Positions 1 through 10,384 of a DNA stretch of 64,000 nucleotides are shown in pieces; position 1 is the stretch's first letter, and the number at the start of each line of letters is the position of its first letter. Both the position numbers and the translations under genes were made by a program. The stretch is from Candidatus Bathyarchaeota archaeon (lineage in GTDB: Archaea > Thermoproteota > Bathyarchaeia > 40CM-2-53-6 > CAVXDP01), in the NCBI GenBank assembly GCA_963760485.1, contig CAVXDP010000011.1:574-64573 (forward strand), written 5' to 3'. The notes beneath the pieces are model-generated. The model was not told where the DNA came from. It saw only the letters and a program-made list of their open reading frames with translations, and did not search any database.

Positions 1-177
1 CAATCGGCGACAAGAGTCCGATCACTATACTCGCGCAGTATCTCGCTCAACGGTTTCCTGTCATATTTCTTATCAGAGATCAAGAATAGCCATCTTGACA
101 GCGCCCATGCTTACTGTTTGTTGGAACCAGATTTCACCTGCCTGACTTGGCTTCTGAAGATTTGTAATCAGGTAAGA

Positions 178-582
178 TCAAGGGCCAGTAGGTGCTGCAA
201 CGTTTCTCCTAGCATAGTAACCGATAAGCTCGGTTCCTTTCAACGTCTGGTGCATCAATATCAGGTTGCGGCAGTAGGAGCGACTAAGCGTTCTCCAGTC
301 AGGAGGAAGACTGCTGATCTTGATTTCGCACGTGTGCGAATTTCTAGGACGTGTAACAAGAATACGGGTAACATTCCGCCAGCTCTGCCACCCATAATCT
401 CTTATGAATGCTTCAACGTCAGGAAATTGCTGGGCAAATTGCATGCACCTGTATAAGGTCGATTGGGAAAAGTCGTACCCAAGGTCATTTGCTAGTCGCC
501 TCATCTGGTCTCTATGGAAATTGGCTGCAGACGAGTATCTTGCCCAGCCCATGATATCTATACAGTAAGTTGACAACCCCAT
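178..582 (-). CDS. hypothetical protein; a possible frameshifted continuation runs to the window start
   Basis: 134-aa ORF with protein-like composition. The competing plus-strand ORF 118..456 is Cys/Arg-rich and looks spurious. No family is recognised. Confidence 0.3.
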   Translation of the reverse strand: MGLSTYCIDIMGWARYSSAANFHRDQMRRLANDLGYDFSQSTLYRCMQFAQQFPDVEAFIRDYGWQSWRNVTRILVTRPRNSHTCEIKISSLPPDWRTLSRSYCRNLILMHQTLKGTELIGYYARRNVAAPTGP

Positions 583-762
583 TCCTAATCTCCTCTACGA
601 TACTCTTGCATTGACTGAGGACTGCACCATACTCTCCCCAGTTCACTGGTGACGAGGTTTGCTGCGTATTCAGAGCCATTTTCTCTCTTGATACTTATCC
701 GAGAAGGTTGATATATGTCTTACTAATAGACATATCTATAGGAAACCTATAGATGTTGAGTC

Positions 763-1305
763 ATGGACAGATGGGTGATTAGAAACTCTGATTTTAAAGT
801 GCTTGGCTACCTTGCCACGGTGAAACAGGATCGCGAGAGAAGCAAATACTGGATCGAGAAGCGAACGAGTCTGGCCAGACAAACCGTGTACGATACGATA
901 AGGCGACTAATTCAGGCAAGGCTCATAGATGAAAAAGTAGCCGGAAAATCAAGGGCCCGAAAACCGATAAAGTACTATTACCTGAAGGAAGCAGGATGGA
1001 TTAAGCTTGTGCATACCCCACAGTCATCTGACAAATTTTGGTGCAAGCTGGGAGGCCAACAATTGCGCTGCCTTTCCAGATTTCAGGAAGTTATTGATAG
1101 AGAGAACCGGCAGAAAGCTAAGAAGATGATCAAGATCTTCCAAGATCTTCAAGAAATTGACGATCGTGAAGGGGCCCCCCCGAACTCTCTGCTGCTCCTA
1201 ACCATCACTGTGGATGGAAAAGGTCAGGCAGAGGTCGGCATGAGGTCAAGCAGGCCAGATCTTTTGGATGACCTTTCGAAATGGGTTAAACGCAAGATCA
1301 GATGA
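763..1305 (+). CDS. putative winged-helix transcriptional regulator
   Basis: 180-aa ORF. The N-terminal ~70 aa have a wHTH-like pattern (…LGYLATVKQDRERSKYWIEKRTSLARQTVYDTIRRLIQARLIDEK…). It contains a G4C7 homopolymer at ~1175-1185. Confidence 0.35.
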   Translation: MDRWVIRNSDFKVLGYLATVKQDRERSKYWIEKRTSLARQTVYDTIRRLIQARLIDEKVAGKSRARKPIKYYYLKEAGWIKLVHTPQSSDKFWCKLGGQQLRCLSRFQEVIDRENRQKAKKMIKIFQDLQEIDDREGAPPNSLLLLTITVDGKGQAEVGMRSSRPDLLDDLSKWVKRKIR

Positions 1306-1802
1306 CTAAGAATCAGGTTTTGGATAAGACGATATTCTGATTATTTTGTCAAAGGCGGCCCTGTATACGTATAGAAGCGAGCGCACACTCGAGTGAGGCG
1401 GCGGATGCCAAGACCAACTCTTGGGGTCTTCCTTCAGGTGCTGCAGTTGGGGACGAGTGCGTAATCTATCTAGTAATGTATTATAAGTGCATGAACCCGA
1501 ATGGTCCAAGTGGATATGAGCGTTTCTCCCAAGTCATTCCCTTCGCGCGTTTCATGTCATGTAGGGATACTAGGCACTGTTGAACACTGATTGTATCCAT
1601 AGCAGCAACGTACGGATGGGTTATGGCTTGGTTTGCAGCAGGCGCTTCAATGATCCCGGGGGTAGTTGTAGGACTTCTAATACCGAAATTGAAGCCTAGA
1701 TAGTTAACATATGAGCCAATTTGAGTTCTTGTTGCGATCGAACTGAGCAACTAGTAGAAAGGAGAGAGATTCCAAGGATTCTTCCCCTAACGTGTAGGCC
1801 AA

Positions 1803-2300
1803 TTATTTTGTGTGTGTGCGCACCAGGGTATACACATTCGATGGAGAGCATATCACTACCTGCTGCGTGCATAATCTCTTTCGAGTGCTGCCTACGTACT
1901 TGTCCCAGACTTCGTTGGTTTGCTTTGAGTCTTGCTGTCTGGTTGGTGCACGAATAATTTTGTACTTTACCTTGAATGTCATGTCTAATCTGGTCTTTCT
2001 CTGGCCGAGCCTCGTTAACCTGTAATCACCAATTTCATCATTTTCCTGTCCAGCTAGATCCAAGTGCCAAGCGTTCGGTGGGCGCAGTGCCACGATACGA
2101 ACGGCACTGATGTTCTTGTCTTTTCGTTTGTGTGTGGAGACGTAGATGACTCGTCGTGCCGTCTTCTGCAGAATGATTCTCTTGATACTTGAACCCCAGA
2201 TCTTGTTGTCATCCTCTTTGAAGTCAACACACCAATCGTAAACGAACTTTAGAGGAGCGTTGATTACTTTCGATACGTGAAACGTATGACTCCCGGCCAA
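1803..2300 (-). CDS. SRPBCC (START/Bet v1/polyketide-cyclase-like) domain protein
   Basis: 165-aa ORF. The motif VINAPLKFVYDWCVDFKEDD is typical of SRPBCC ligand-binding proteins. Confidence 0.45.
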   Translation of the reverse strand: MAGSHTFHVSKVINAPLKFVYDWCVDFKEDDNKIWGSSIKRIILQKTARRVIYVSTHKRKDKNISAVRIVALRPPNAWHLDLAGQENDEIGDYRLTRLGQRKTRLDMTFKVKYKIIRAPTRQQDSKQTNEVWDKYVGSTRKRLCTQQVVICSPSNVYTLVRTHTK

Positions 2301-2369
2301 TTGTTGGATTCCTTACCCTTCAGATGAATGTAGATGATGCTTGAGGCTTTAAGGTGAACTCAAGGTGTG

Positions 2370-2408
2370 ATAGAAAGAGCTAAACAGTATTGTGAAGGTC
2401 CATCATTT
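2370..2408. repeat. 39-bp direct repeat, copy A (atagaaagagctaaacagtattgtgaaggtccatcattt)
   Basis: Matches copy B at 5167..5205 with 3 mismatches in 39 nt. Both copies are intergenic. Confidence 0.7.
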
Positions 2409-2666
2409 TCTACAGGCCGTAGATGTTACATCTATTTTCTCATGTCACGTTTGTTTGACCAGATATGGCATCATGTGCTTGGTGGAACGTTGGTTAGAGA
2501 CTGTTTCGCCTACGACTAAGACATAGATATGGCAGACATTCAAGTCGATACGGCTCGCAATTCACATGAGCTTCGAGATTTGGCACGGTCCATCCAAGAG
2601 AAAGGAAAGTATACAAGAAGGTTGCAAGCAGACTCCTAGCAAGTTGATGATGGAGTTTAACTGAAA

Positions 2667-4693
2667 GTGCCACATGGAACGTCAAATCAATATCGAAGAC
2701 CGAAAAAGATCACAGTGCATACTACACGCAGCAGTCACGTGAATGAACGCAAGCGAACCGAGAAAACACTGAAGGAACAGTACCCAACGCTTCGCGCGAT
2801 AATTGACAGCGCCGATGCACTAATCTTTTCTGTGGACACTCAATACTGCTATACGAGTTTTAACAGTGCTCATGCTACTGTGATGAAGAAGATTTATGGC
2901 AAGAATATCGAAATGGGCAGAAGCCTACTGGATTACATGACTGTGCCAGAAGATCGTGAGAAGGCTAAGCGAAACCTCGACCGTGCACTCGCTGGACAGA
3001 GTCTGGTGGAGGAAGCATATTCTGGAGAGGAAGGGCTGTCCCGACGGTATTTCCAAGTTTCACACTACCCCATCAGTGAAACAGACGAGAATGACATAGG
3101 CGTGGCAGTGCTAAGCAAAGACGTTACCGAGCTCAAGAAGGCTGAGGATGCACTACGAGGAAGTGAGAAGAATTACAGGATTGTTAGCGAGAATATCCCG
3201 GTGGCGGTTTATGCAGCGTTACCAGATGAACACTCTACAAACACATTCACTGCTGGAAGAATCGAGGAACTGACAGGTTACTCGACAGAAGACTACGTGA
3301 AAGACCAATATTATGGTCCAAAATTATTCATAAAGACGATAGAGAACATGTTCTTAAACAATTGAATGAAGATCTGAGAAACAAGACTCCTTTCGAAATA
3401 GAGTATCGGATAATTGCGAAAGATGGTTCTGTCAAGTGGATAAGAGACAAAGCGTCACCTATGCTCAACAATAATGGAGAAGTCACTGGAATCAACGGAT
3501 TCATGGAAAACGTGACTGAGCGAAAGAGATTGGAGGAAGAGCTGAAGAAACACATCGCGCGTCTGGAAGAACTAGTTGAAGAACGCACTGCGAAGCTTAG
3601 GGAAAGCGAAAGAAGATTCAGGGAAATAGCTGAACTCCTACCAGAAAGCGTGTTCGAAACAGATGAGAAAGACAATATCACTTTTTTCAACAAGACTGCA
3701 GTCGAAACATTTGGTTACACTGCGAATGAAATTGCGAATGGATCAATGCACTTCAAGCGGTTGCCCCCGAAGATAGAGGAAGAGCTGAAGAGGATATTCG
3801 AAGGGGAATGAGTGGTGAACATCTGGACCCATTGAATACGAGGGGCTGAGAAAAGATGGCACAACGTTTCCTATGATCGTCGGCTCAACGCGCATCTTTC
3901 GTGATGGTAAACTGGTAGGTCGGCGAGGTTTTGCCGTTGACATTGCTGAGCGGAAACAGATGGAGGAGAAGCTTCGAAAAGCTGAACGGTTTGCGGGAAT
4001 TGGTGAGGCGGCTGCCGATGGTTGGACATGACCTGCGTAATCCTTTGCAGGTTATTGTTAACAGATTGTTCTTGGGAAAGAGAGCTGTTGAGAAATTATC
4101 CTCACCCTATTCTGAGGTTGCAGAGAAACTAGGTTTGACGGAATTGTTTGCTGAGCTTGAGTATCAGACAAGTTACATGAATAAGATTGTTTCTGACATT
4201 CAGGATTACGCGAAACCAGTAACGCCTGAGCTGGTCAGTAAGAGAATAAACAAGCTTGTCAATGAGACATTCTCAACGATTCCAGTTCCAGCCAACGTGA
4301 AAGTAAGCAGGGAGATTGACGAGAACCTTCCAGAGTTGATGGTGGATCCTGGGTTGATGAGGCGAGCCTTGACAAACCTGATTAGGAATGGGATTCAGGC
4401 TATGCCTAAGGGAGGCAAACTCACCGTGAGAGCATCAAAAGCAGATGAAGCGGTCTTCATCAGAGTCCAAGACACGGAGAAGGCATCCCCAAGAGAACTT
4501 GGACAAGGTCTGGAGCCCCCTATTCACTACGAAGGCTAAAGGTGCGGGACTCGGTTTGGCAGTCTGTAAACGCTTGATCGAAGCCCATGGCGGCACAATA
4601 AGTGTTGAAAGTAATGTAGGCGAGGGATCAACGTTCACGGTTAAGCTACCGTTAGACATCTTGCGCGACCCTAACGAGCCGGTAGTTGAGTAA
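2667..4693 (+). pseudogene. multi-PAS sensor histidine kinase (PAS-PAS-HisKA-HATPase_c), disrupted by >=5 frameshift/stop lesions
   Basis: Four consecutive ORFs (2667..3365, 3362..3811, 3931..4539, 4445..4693) plus an unlisted in-frame segment ~3828..4018 together encode a contiguous PAS/PAC-HisKA-HATPase architecture. The HisKA motif is MVGHDLRNPLQ and the HATPase_c motif is [39 protein letters not shown]. Frame changes occur near 3325, 3809-3835, 4017 and 4445-4539. Confidence 0.75.
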
Positions 4694-5059
4694 AGAGGGG
4701 TTTTTGGGATTCTCCCTGAATGTATAGGAGATTATTCTGCGTGTGAAGAGGTGGACAATCTCTGGTGCTGTAGTGAGAAGAGTTCTCCGCGGGTGGTAAG
4801 CCCGAGCGCGCACTGACTAGTACGGGTCGGACGTGTGAATGGTCAATACTCTGGAACGGTTCCTTAGATGCACTTTTCTAGCGAATAGAAGACTGCAGCG
4901 TCTAATTCAACCTGAAAAATGGAAGGTGAAACCTGCCAAGTAGCTTTGAATGAAGACGGGTCAATTCCATGTGAAACTAGATACGAGAAGCGGCTGGGAC
5001 AGCGCTAGAAGTGTGATGAACGCCCAGGACAGTTGACTCAATGTAAAGCGGTGTAGATC

Positions 5060-5167
5060 AAGGAAGGAGAAAGAGAAAGGAGAAGAAGGGAGGGAGGAAA
5101 GAGAAAAGAGGGGAAGGGAAGGAGAGGGGGAGAAAGGAGGAGAAGAGAAGAGAGAAGAGAAAAGAAA
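5060..5167 (+). repeat. 108-nt uninterrupted polypurine (A/G only) tract, GA-rich low-complexity DNA
   Basis: Direct reading shows positions 5060..5167 contain only a and g on the plus strand. The tract directly abuts repeat copy B. Confidence 0.9.
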
Positions 5168-5205
5168 TAGAAAGAGCTAAACAATACTGTGAAGGCCCAT
5201 CATTT
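5167..5205. repeat. 39-bp direct repeat, copy B
   Basis: 36/39 identity with 2370..2408. The two copies bracket the decayed histidine-kinase locus. Confidence 0.7.
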
Positions 5206-5216
5206 ATGATCTTCCA

Positions 5217-5873
5217 TTGCCAGATGTGAACTCCCGCGAGCCTGTGAAAGTCGTTTCATTTGACATTGATGGAACTCTAGCTGACGAAAGATTCAGTCGC
5301 CTGGTTTGGGAAGAAGTGATTCCTAGGATTTATGCACGGAAAGAAAACATTGATGCGGAAAGTGGCAAGAGACATGTTTACAAAGAATACTCCAAGATTG
5401 GGAAAGAAAGACTCGAGTGGTATGATATACAATATTGGTTCCAACATTTCGGGCTTAATCAAGATTGGAGAGAGCTCTTGGAGAGTTACAAGCATGAAGT
5501 ACACCTCTACCCTGAAGTACCCTCGGTCTTGAGGAAACTGGAACCCCATTACGTTTTGATTGTAGTTACAAATGCAGCCAAGGAATTCGCGAAGATTCTA
5601 ACTAAGGACATTGAGAATTACTTCTCGCATATTTTCTCGGCTACAAGCGACTTCAAGGTGCTGAAGAGTTCACCTCGCCTCTACGAATTGGTATGCGAGC
5701 GGTTGGGAGTCACACCTGACGAGTTAGCTCATGTAGGTGACAATCGCAAATTCGATTATTTGGTTCCGAGAACCCTGGGAGTAAAGTCGTATCTCCTTGA
5801 CAGGACAAGAAGCCTATCAAGCGAGTTCATACTTAAGAATCTCCAGGATTTCTGCAGTCGAATCGGCGTCTGA
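5217..5873 (+). CDS. HAD-superfamily hydrolase
   Basis: Motif I VSFDIDGTLAD is present. The core motifs VTNAAKEF and VGDNRKFD are typical of HAD phosphatases. Confidence 0.6.
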   Translation: MPDVNSREPVKVVSFDIDGTLADERFSRLVWEEVIPRIYARKENIDAESGKRHVYKEYSKIGKERLEWYDIQYWFQHFGLNQDWRELLESYKHEVHLYPEVPSVLRKLEPHYVLIVVTNAAKEFAKILTKDIENYFSHIFSATSDFKVLKSSPRLYELVCERLGVTPDELAHVGDNRKFDYLVPRTLGVKSYLLDRTRSLSSEFILKNLQDFCSRIGV

Positions 5874-5879
5874 ATAGCG

Positions 5880-6426
5880 GTGAGATATTGCTACAACATT
5901 CGCATCATCCAAATTCCAGAACCAAACAAACTAAAGATCAAAGAGGCTATCTCAGTAGTGGTACAAAGTATTGGAAATTACCATCAGAAATGCAACGAGA
6001 TCAGATTTCCAGCAATCGAGAAGTTAGCGTCAGAACTTGTCGAGGATATCGATAATACTGAAGGAATCAATGCCTCTCTCTGTTTACTAAGAACTTGCTT
6101 CGCTCTTTTAAGACAGTGCTAATTCGAATTTCTTGATCGCAGAATCAGAAGAAGCCATTGTCGGGTTCATACACTTCACAACTAGAAGAACACTCTTGCA
6201 TGATGGGCCATCTGGCTTGATCGATGAAGTCGTTGTCTCAAAGCAATATCGCGAAAAGTCTATTGGAAAACGGCTAGTTCTTGGCGGCATTTAAGAAATG
6301 TAAACAACTAGGGTGTTGCGAAATTGAGGTGAGTACTGAAAAGAAGAACAAAAAAGCGATAGAGTTCTACAGAGCTTGTGGTTTTCAAGAGCGTGGTATA
6401 CTCTTGGAGATGGACATTGACGAATA
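5880..6426 (+). CDS. GNAT family N-acetyltransferase (two frameshifts)
   Basis: Three collinear frames encode the GNAT N-terminus, then the core (EAIVGFIHF…VVSKQYREKSIGKRLV), then the C-terminus (EFYRACGFQERG). Frame changes lie near 6120 and 6295. Confidence 0.5.
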
Positions 6427-6489
6427 GGCGACCTTCACATGAGGCTTTTTGAGCTTTGACTGTGCTAGTACTCCAAGCCGTCTAGTTGT

Positions 6490-6807
6490 TCATCTATGGC
6501 GACTGTTTCTCCTATCTCGAGCATCAGTCTTTTGCCAGTCTCTCTTTCTTTGTGTTTCGATTCTCGCTCTTCCAGATTTGAATGACTGCAGATCCCTTCG
6601 GTACTCATGAATCTGAGCATAGAAACCTGAATAATCGCTTTCACTTTTCGAGAGGGAGAGAATCAGCTCGTTCAGTTTCAATCTAGCCCCGTCAGAACCA
6701 TTCTCATCCCAAGCTCGAGAATAGACATCATAGGCAACACGGAACTTGAAATCATTCGGCCTGTCGATCTCCAACTTCGACACAGGTTTCTCCGTATTTT
6801 CCGTCAT
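6490..6807 (-). CDS. hypothetical protein
   Basis: 105-aa ORF with no recognisable domain. Confidence 0.25.
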   Translation of the reverse strand: MTENTEKPVSKLEIDRPNDFKFRVAYDVYSRAWDENGSDGARLKLNELILSLSKSESDYSGFYAQIHEYRRDLQSFKSGRARIETQRKRDWQKTDARDRRNSRHR

Positions 6808-7176
6808 GAAAATTGAGCTCTCGGACTATGGTACCATATACTCAAGGTATTAAATGCATCCACGGGAGAATCAACGGACAAAATCATCTTCCGCAAACCC
6901 ACGATCTATGACGAGAGTCGATATATCGATTTTTTGAATAATCCTTTTTATCCGCTCGGTACATTAATGTTCCACGTGTGAGTTGATAATCATGACGGAC
7001 CTAAAGAGTTACCTTAGATGCAAAATGATTGATAGGTTCGGACACATTCCAATGCAGAGAGCAAAGTTTCACACTATCGATGAGTTACTGCTTGGATGCT
7101 GAGCAACGGTTCTTCCAACGACATTTGTCACAATACGCAAAACCTTCTCAACATGGTCCAAGTTCCGGACCACTAT

Positions 7177-7965
7177 TCACTGACGTGGTTGAAAAATGAA
7201 TGTGCAATACTCGTGTCCTTTGGTCATGCATTCTTCTTCCTTTACGAGAGTGGGTTGACCAAACACGCTACTCAATAGTCCCTCCAGATATCCTCTGAAG
7301 AAGTGGCTTCCAACCTGTGTCATCTTGCCGTCTATGCGAAGACATTCGAAGAGATCGTGCACCCTTATCTTGCCAGTTGCCCTAGTTTCATCGAACTCCA
7401 GTATCTCAGGTATTCCCCAGCCCTTAGCCACCCTTCCCGACAAGAAGACGTCTAACACATTTTTTCCTGTTAAGCCATACTTATCTCTGATAGCCTCCAC
7501 CTTACTGGTCCCTGCAACTAGGCCCATATGATACAACACGGAAGAAGCAGGAGGACCGAACATTTCGCGAAGTTGATGAAACATGGCAGATATTGTCCGA
7601 ACTGTAAGGATGATACATCTCTCGTCTATGGCTAGGACAGGGAAATGAACTTCATCCACGATTAGGCCTTCAATCTTCGCTTCATGAATCTTAACTTGTG
7701 AGACCACATTGAGCTTACTAACCTCCTCAGTCAAGCGTTCTGGGTCAATATCGGCCTCAGTGATGTCAGCAATGAAGCTGAAGAGGGCGGTAGGTTTTTC
7801 AGGATACGCTGTTACAAATCCAGAGCATAGATTGATGCCGAGTCTTGCTAGCTCGGTTGAGGTTTCTGCCAGTGCCCCTTTTACGTTCTTCATTTCAATT
7901 TGAAACTCAACTAGCCGTCTGTTGGGAGAGTATACGCCCATGAAGAGGTCTTTCTTATGTAGCAT
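7177..7965 (-). CDS. ACT-domain plus V4R-like (hydrocarbon-binding) domain protein
   Basis: The N-terminal ACT-like segment is VEFQIEMKNVKGALAETSTELARLGINL. The C-terminal half resembles V4R small-molecule-binding domains. Confidence 0.45.
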   Translation of the reverse strand: MLHKKDLFMGVYSPNRRLVEFQIEMKNVKGALAETSTELARLGINLCSGFVTAYPEKPTALFSFIADITEADIDPERLTEEVSKLNVVSQVKIHEAKIEGLIVDEVHFPVLAIDERCIILTVRTISAMFHQLREMFGPPASSVLYHMGLVAGTSKVEAIRDKYGLTGKNVLDVFLSGRVAKGWGIPEILEFDETRATGKIRVHDLFECLRIDGKMTQVGSHFFRGYLEGLLSSVFGQPTLVKEEECMTKGHEYCTFIFQPRQ

Positions 7966-8283
7966 ACAAAGCCCCTAAACATAGTACTCAGTACATGTCT
8001 GTATACCTTTTCTTTAGCTTTCTTACTTGTTCTCCTGCTACTCCAAGGGAACGTGCAACACCATCAATAGGAGAACGCTTGGCCGGTTTCAATGAGAAAA
8101 GGTCCATGATCATTGCCAGAGTCAGCTTGAAATGGGGAACGTACTAGGCACACTGCCACAGATCTCGAATGTAAAAGCAAGCTCTCTTTCAGAACCGTCT
8201 CATTACTAGAGTCATTCATATACTTCCTGCTTGCGAGGCTGTCACCTTCCCCTTTTCCCGCAGGTCACATTCAGCTCAACTAT

Positions 8284-8481
8284 ATGACACATCAAGTGTT
8301 GTTCGAGGAAAGAGGTGCATCCATGGTGCATAAGATTACGATTACGGAGGAAGTTTACAAGAGAATTGAAGCTCAAGCTCAAAAAGAAGGCGTCTCAGCT
8401 TCAAAACTAGCTGAGAAACTTCTCTTGGAAGTCATAACGCCGAAAGCAATGTCTTGTCCCAGATGTGCCTTCAGATTCTGA
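8284..8481 (+). CDS. small ribbon-helix-helix (CopG-like) protein
   Basis: 65-aa ORF. HKITITEEVYKRIEAQAQKEGVSASKLAEKLL has an RHH beta-strand/helix pattern. Confidence 0.3.
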   Translation: MTHQVLFEERGASMVHKITITEEVYKRIEAQAQKEGVSASKLAEKLLLEVITPKAMSCPRCAFRF

Positions 8482-9021
8482 TTAAACGACCGGCAAACAG
8501 AATTTGTCATTCGTCGTATTGCTGAGGTAGAGATCACATTTCTCAGGTTCATTGAACCCACCCTCATATGGGAAGCTTGGTGGATTGCGCAAGTGCCTAC
8601 GCGATTAAGCTTGCTCCAGCCTCTACCACATGACCATATGCGCTGGAAAATATTGAATGAAGATGCTTCTTGTTGAATGAGTGACTGTGGGATGAGGAAT
8701 ACCGCAGATACTCGAGTTCGATCTGCGGATCAAGTATCCACCCCCTTCTCAAGTTCAGGCCATGGCGATCGCCATTAATTCTCAACCCAATAAAGAAATG
8801 TCCAAAATCATCTTGTTTCTCGATTACGCGATATTCTATTCTTGTTGCAATGTCGTCGCCATTTACGTACGTAAATGCCTATGTAAGCATATGCCCGCAA
8901 CAATAATGTCGTTAACAATTGAGTCGACAACGATTATGTCGTTACTTGACATCGTTCACACTCCAATTTATTGGAGACAGTGATATAGCAATTTGTTATC
9001 GAGCGAAATGAGCATGCCGAG

Positions 9022-9459
9022 TTATGCCAATTCTCCCTTTGTAATGTCTTTGATCCTTTCACGCCAGTAGCTTGCGAGCATTTCGAGCTTGTTTGAGAAG
9101 ATGTCACTGAGCTGGGCTGGTTCATTTCGACGAACCCGGCTTAAGAGCCCACTTCGCATCATGGCCTGCCAGGTTTGACTTAGTGTCCGCGCTGAACAAT
9201 GTCTTTCCTTTATGATCTTAGGCGCCAAGTCCCTGTACAACTCGACGCGATAGGTTTTCATACGGCTCATTTCACGGAGAATCGCTTCGGCGAGTTGTGC
9301 CTTCCTAGGATTAAACGGAAAGAGCATAGTACAGAATACTCTCAGGTCTCCTATGCTGGTTCTCTGGGCATCGATCTTTGCGGTGATGTATCCTCTCCTT
9401 TTCATATAGTCTGCCCAGTACTCTTTGTCTTTCTTCGTCTCACTAAACCGCGAAGCCAA
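9022..9459 (-). CDS. hypothetical protein
   Basis: 145-aa basic protein with no family recognised. Confidence 0.3.
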   Translation of the reverse strand: MASRFSETKKDKEYWADYMKRRGYITAKIDAQRTSIGDLRVFCTMLFPFNPRKAQLAEAILREMSRMKTYRVELYRDLAPKIIKERHCSARTLSQTWQAMMRSGLLSRVRRNEPAQLSDIFSNKLEMLASYWRERIKDITKGELA

Positions 9460-9726
9460 GTGTGCCTACCTTACCCCATGGTGTGGTATGGTGGGATATC
9501 TTAGGTTTTGTCCCACATGGTGGTAATTGGGCCATTCCCCCACTAAAACATCTAGCTAACCCACGAGCCAAACAAATAATGCCTATGAATTATCCCATAG
9601 GGTGGATATGTCGCCCACAAAAAAAGTCCGATATATCGCACTCAAGTCGTGTATCTGCCCTCAGGGGGCTTCATTGGTTGTGTCTGGGCTGGCAAAGGTG
9701 GGAGAGGCGGGGGTATATTCAGAGTC

Positions 9727-10062
9727 TTAGATAGAAGAATAGCTTCGGCCATGGACGCATTCGAAACTGCTTGAACTACAGCTATGGGAGGCGGCTTTTG
9801 CTGCCTTGCTTTCATCCATCATCTTCTTGATCTCGGCACTGTCTCCTGTGATATACGCTCGCCCCCTAACACTGATTTGAGCGATTGATGGAACAAAGTT
9901 GACGGTAAATACAAACGGAGCCTCAGCCGCAACGTCTGATTTCTCTTCTAACCCCATGATATTGATATTCACATTAATGTGAATCTGAGGCGGCATCGGC
10001 TTGCTTACATCCCACAAGCGTTCTCCCGACAAGTTCGTAACAGAAACGTTCACAGTCAACAT
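9727..10062 (-). CDS. hypothetical protein
   Basis: 111-aa ORF with no family recognised. Confidence 0.25.
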   Translation of the reverse strand: MLTVNVSVTNLSGERLWDVSKPMPPQIHINVNINIMGLEEKSDVAAEAPFVFTVNFVPSIAQISVRGRAYITGDSAEIKKMMDESKAAKAASHSCSSSSFECVHGRSYSSI

Positions 10063-10072
10063 CCCGAGTCAT

Positions 10073-10384
10073 CTACCGCCTCGTACGAGTACCCACCCGC
10101 TTTAAACCTTGCTTCCCCAAACGTTTTTTCCTCCTCCTACCACGAACTAGCTTCCGAGACATACTTACGCTACGTTTTGTCCCAAACTTCCCCCTGCGCC
10201 AAGACAACTCCACAAGGAGTCTCTCTCCAGCTATCTTCACAGCAACATCGTCCCCCTCCAAAAAAGGGAAGCTGGAGTCATCCGTGAGTTTTGTCGGAAG
10301 ATAGATTCTAGGAGAACGGTAAACAATTCCTTTGTTCCCACGCTTTCTAGCGACCGCCATCTTCGTAATGATCTTCGTAACCAT
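10073..10384 (-). CDS. AbrB/MazE-like (swapped-hairpin) DNA-binding protein, putative
   Basis: IYLPTKLTDDSSFPFLEGDDVAVKIAGERLLVE resembles an AbrB/SpoVT-type barrel. It is followed by a highly basic R/K tail. Confidence 0.3.
   Translation of the reverse strand: MVTKIITKMAVARKRGNKGIVYRSPRIYLPTKLTDDSSFPFLEGDDVAVKIAGERLLVELSWRRGKFGTKRSVSMSRKLVRGRRRKKRLGKQGLKRVGTRTRR

Noticed and set aside
118-456. Plus-strand 112-aa ORF at the window start
   Set aside because: It overlaps the more protein-like minus-strand ORF 178..582 and has Cys/Arg-rich composition. It is likely non-coding.
1175-1185. G4C7 homopolymer inside the 763..1305 regulator ORF
   Set aside because: No frame disruption is visible here. 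It is a likely hotspot for sequencing error but not a feature in itself.
2370-5205. Possible CRISPR array suggested by the 39-bp repeats
   Set aside because: Only two copies, 2.8 kb apart, with no regular repeat-spacer periodicity and no cas genes. It is not a CRISPR array.
8549-8562. gGGTTCAttGAACCc hairpin resembling a tRNA T-arm
   Set aside because: No acceptor, D or anticodon arms can be built around it. The T-loop consensus GTTCRANYC is not met. I found no tRNA anywhere in the window by eye.
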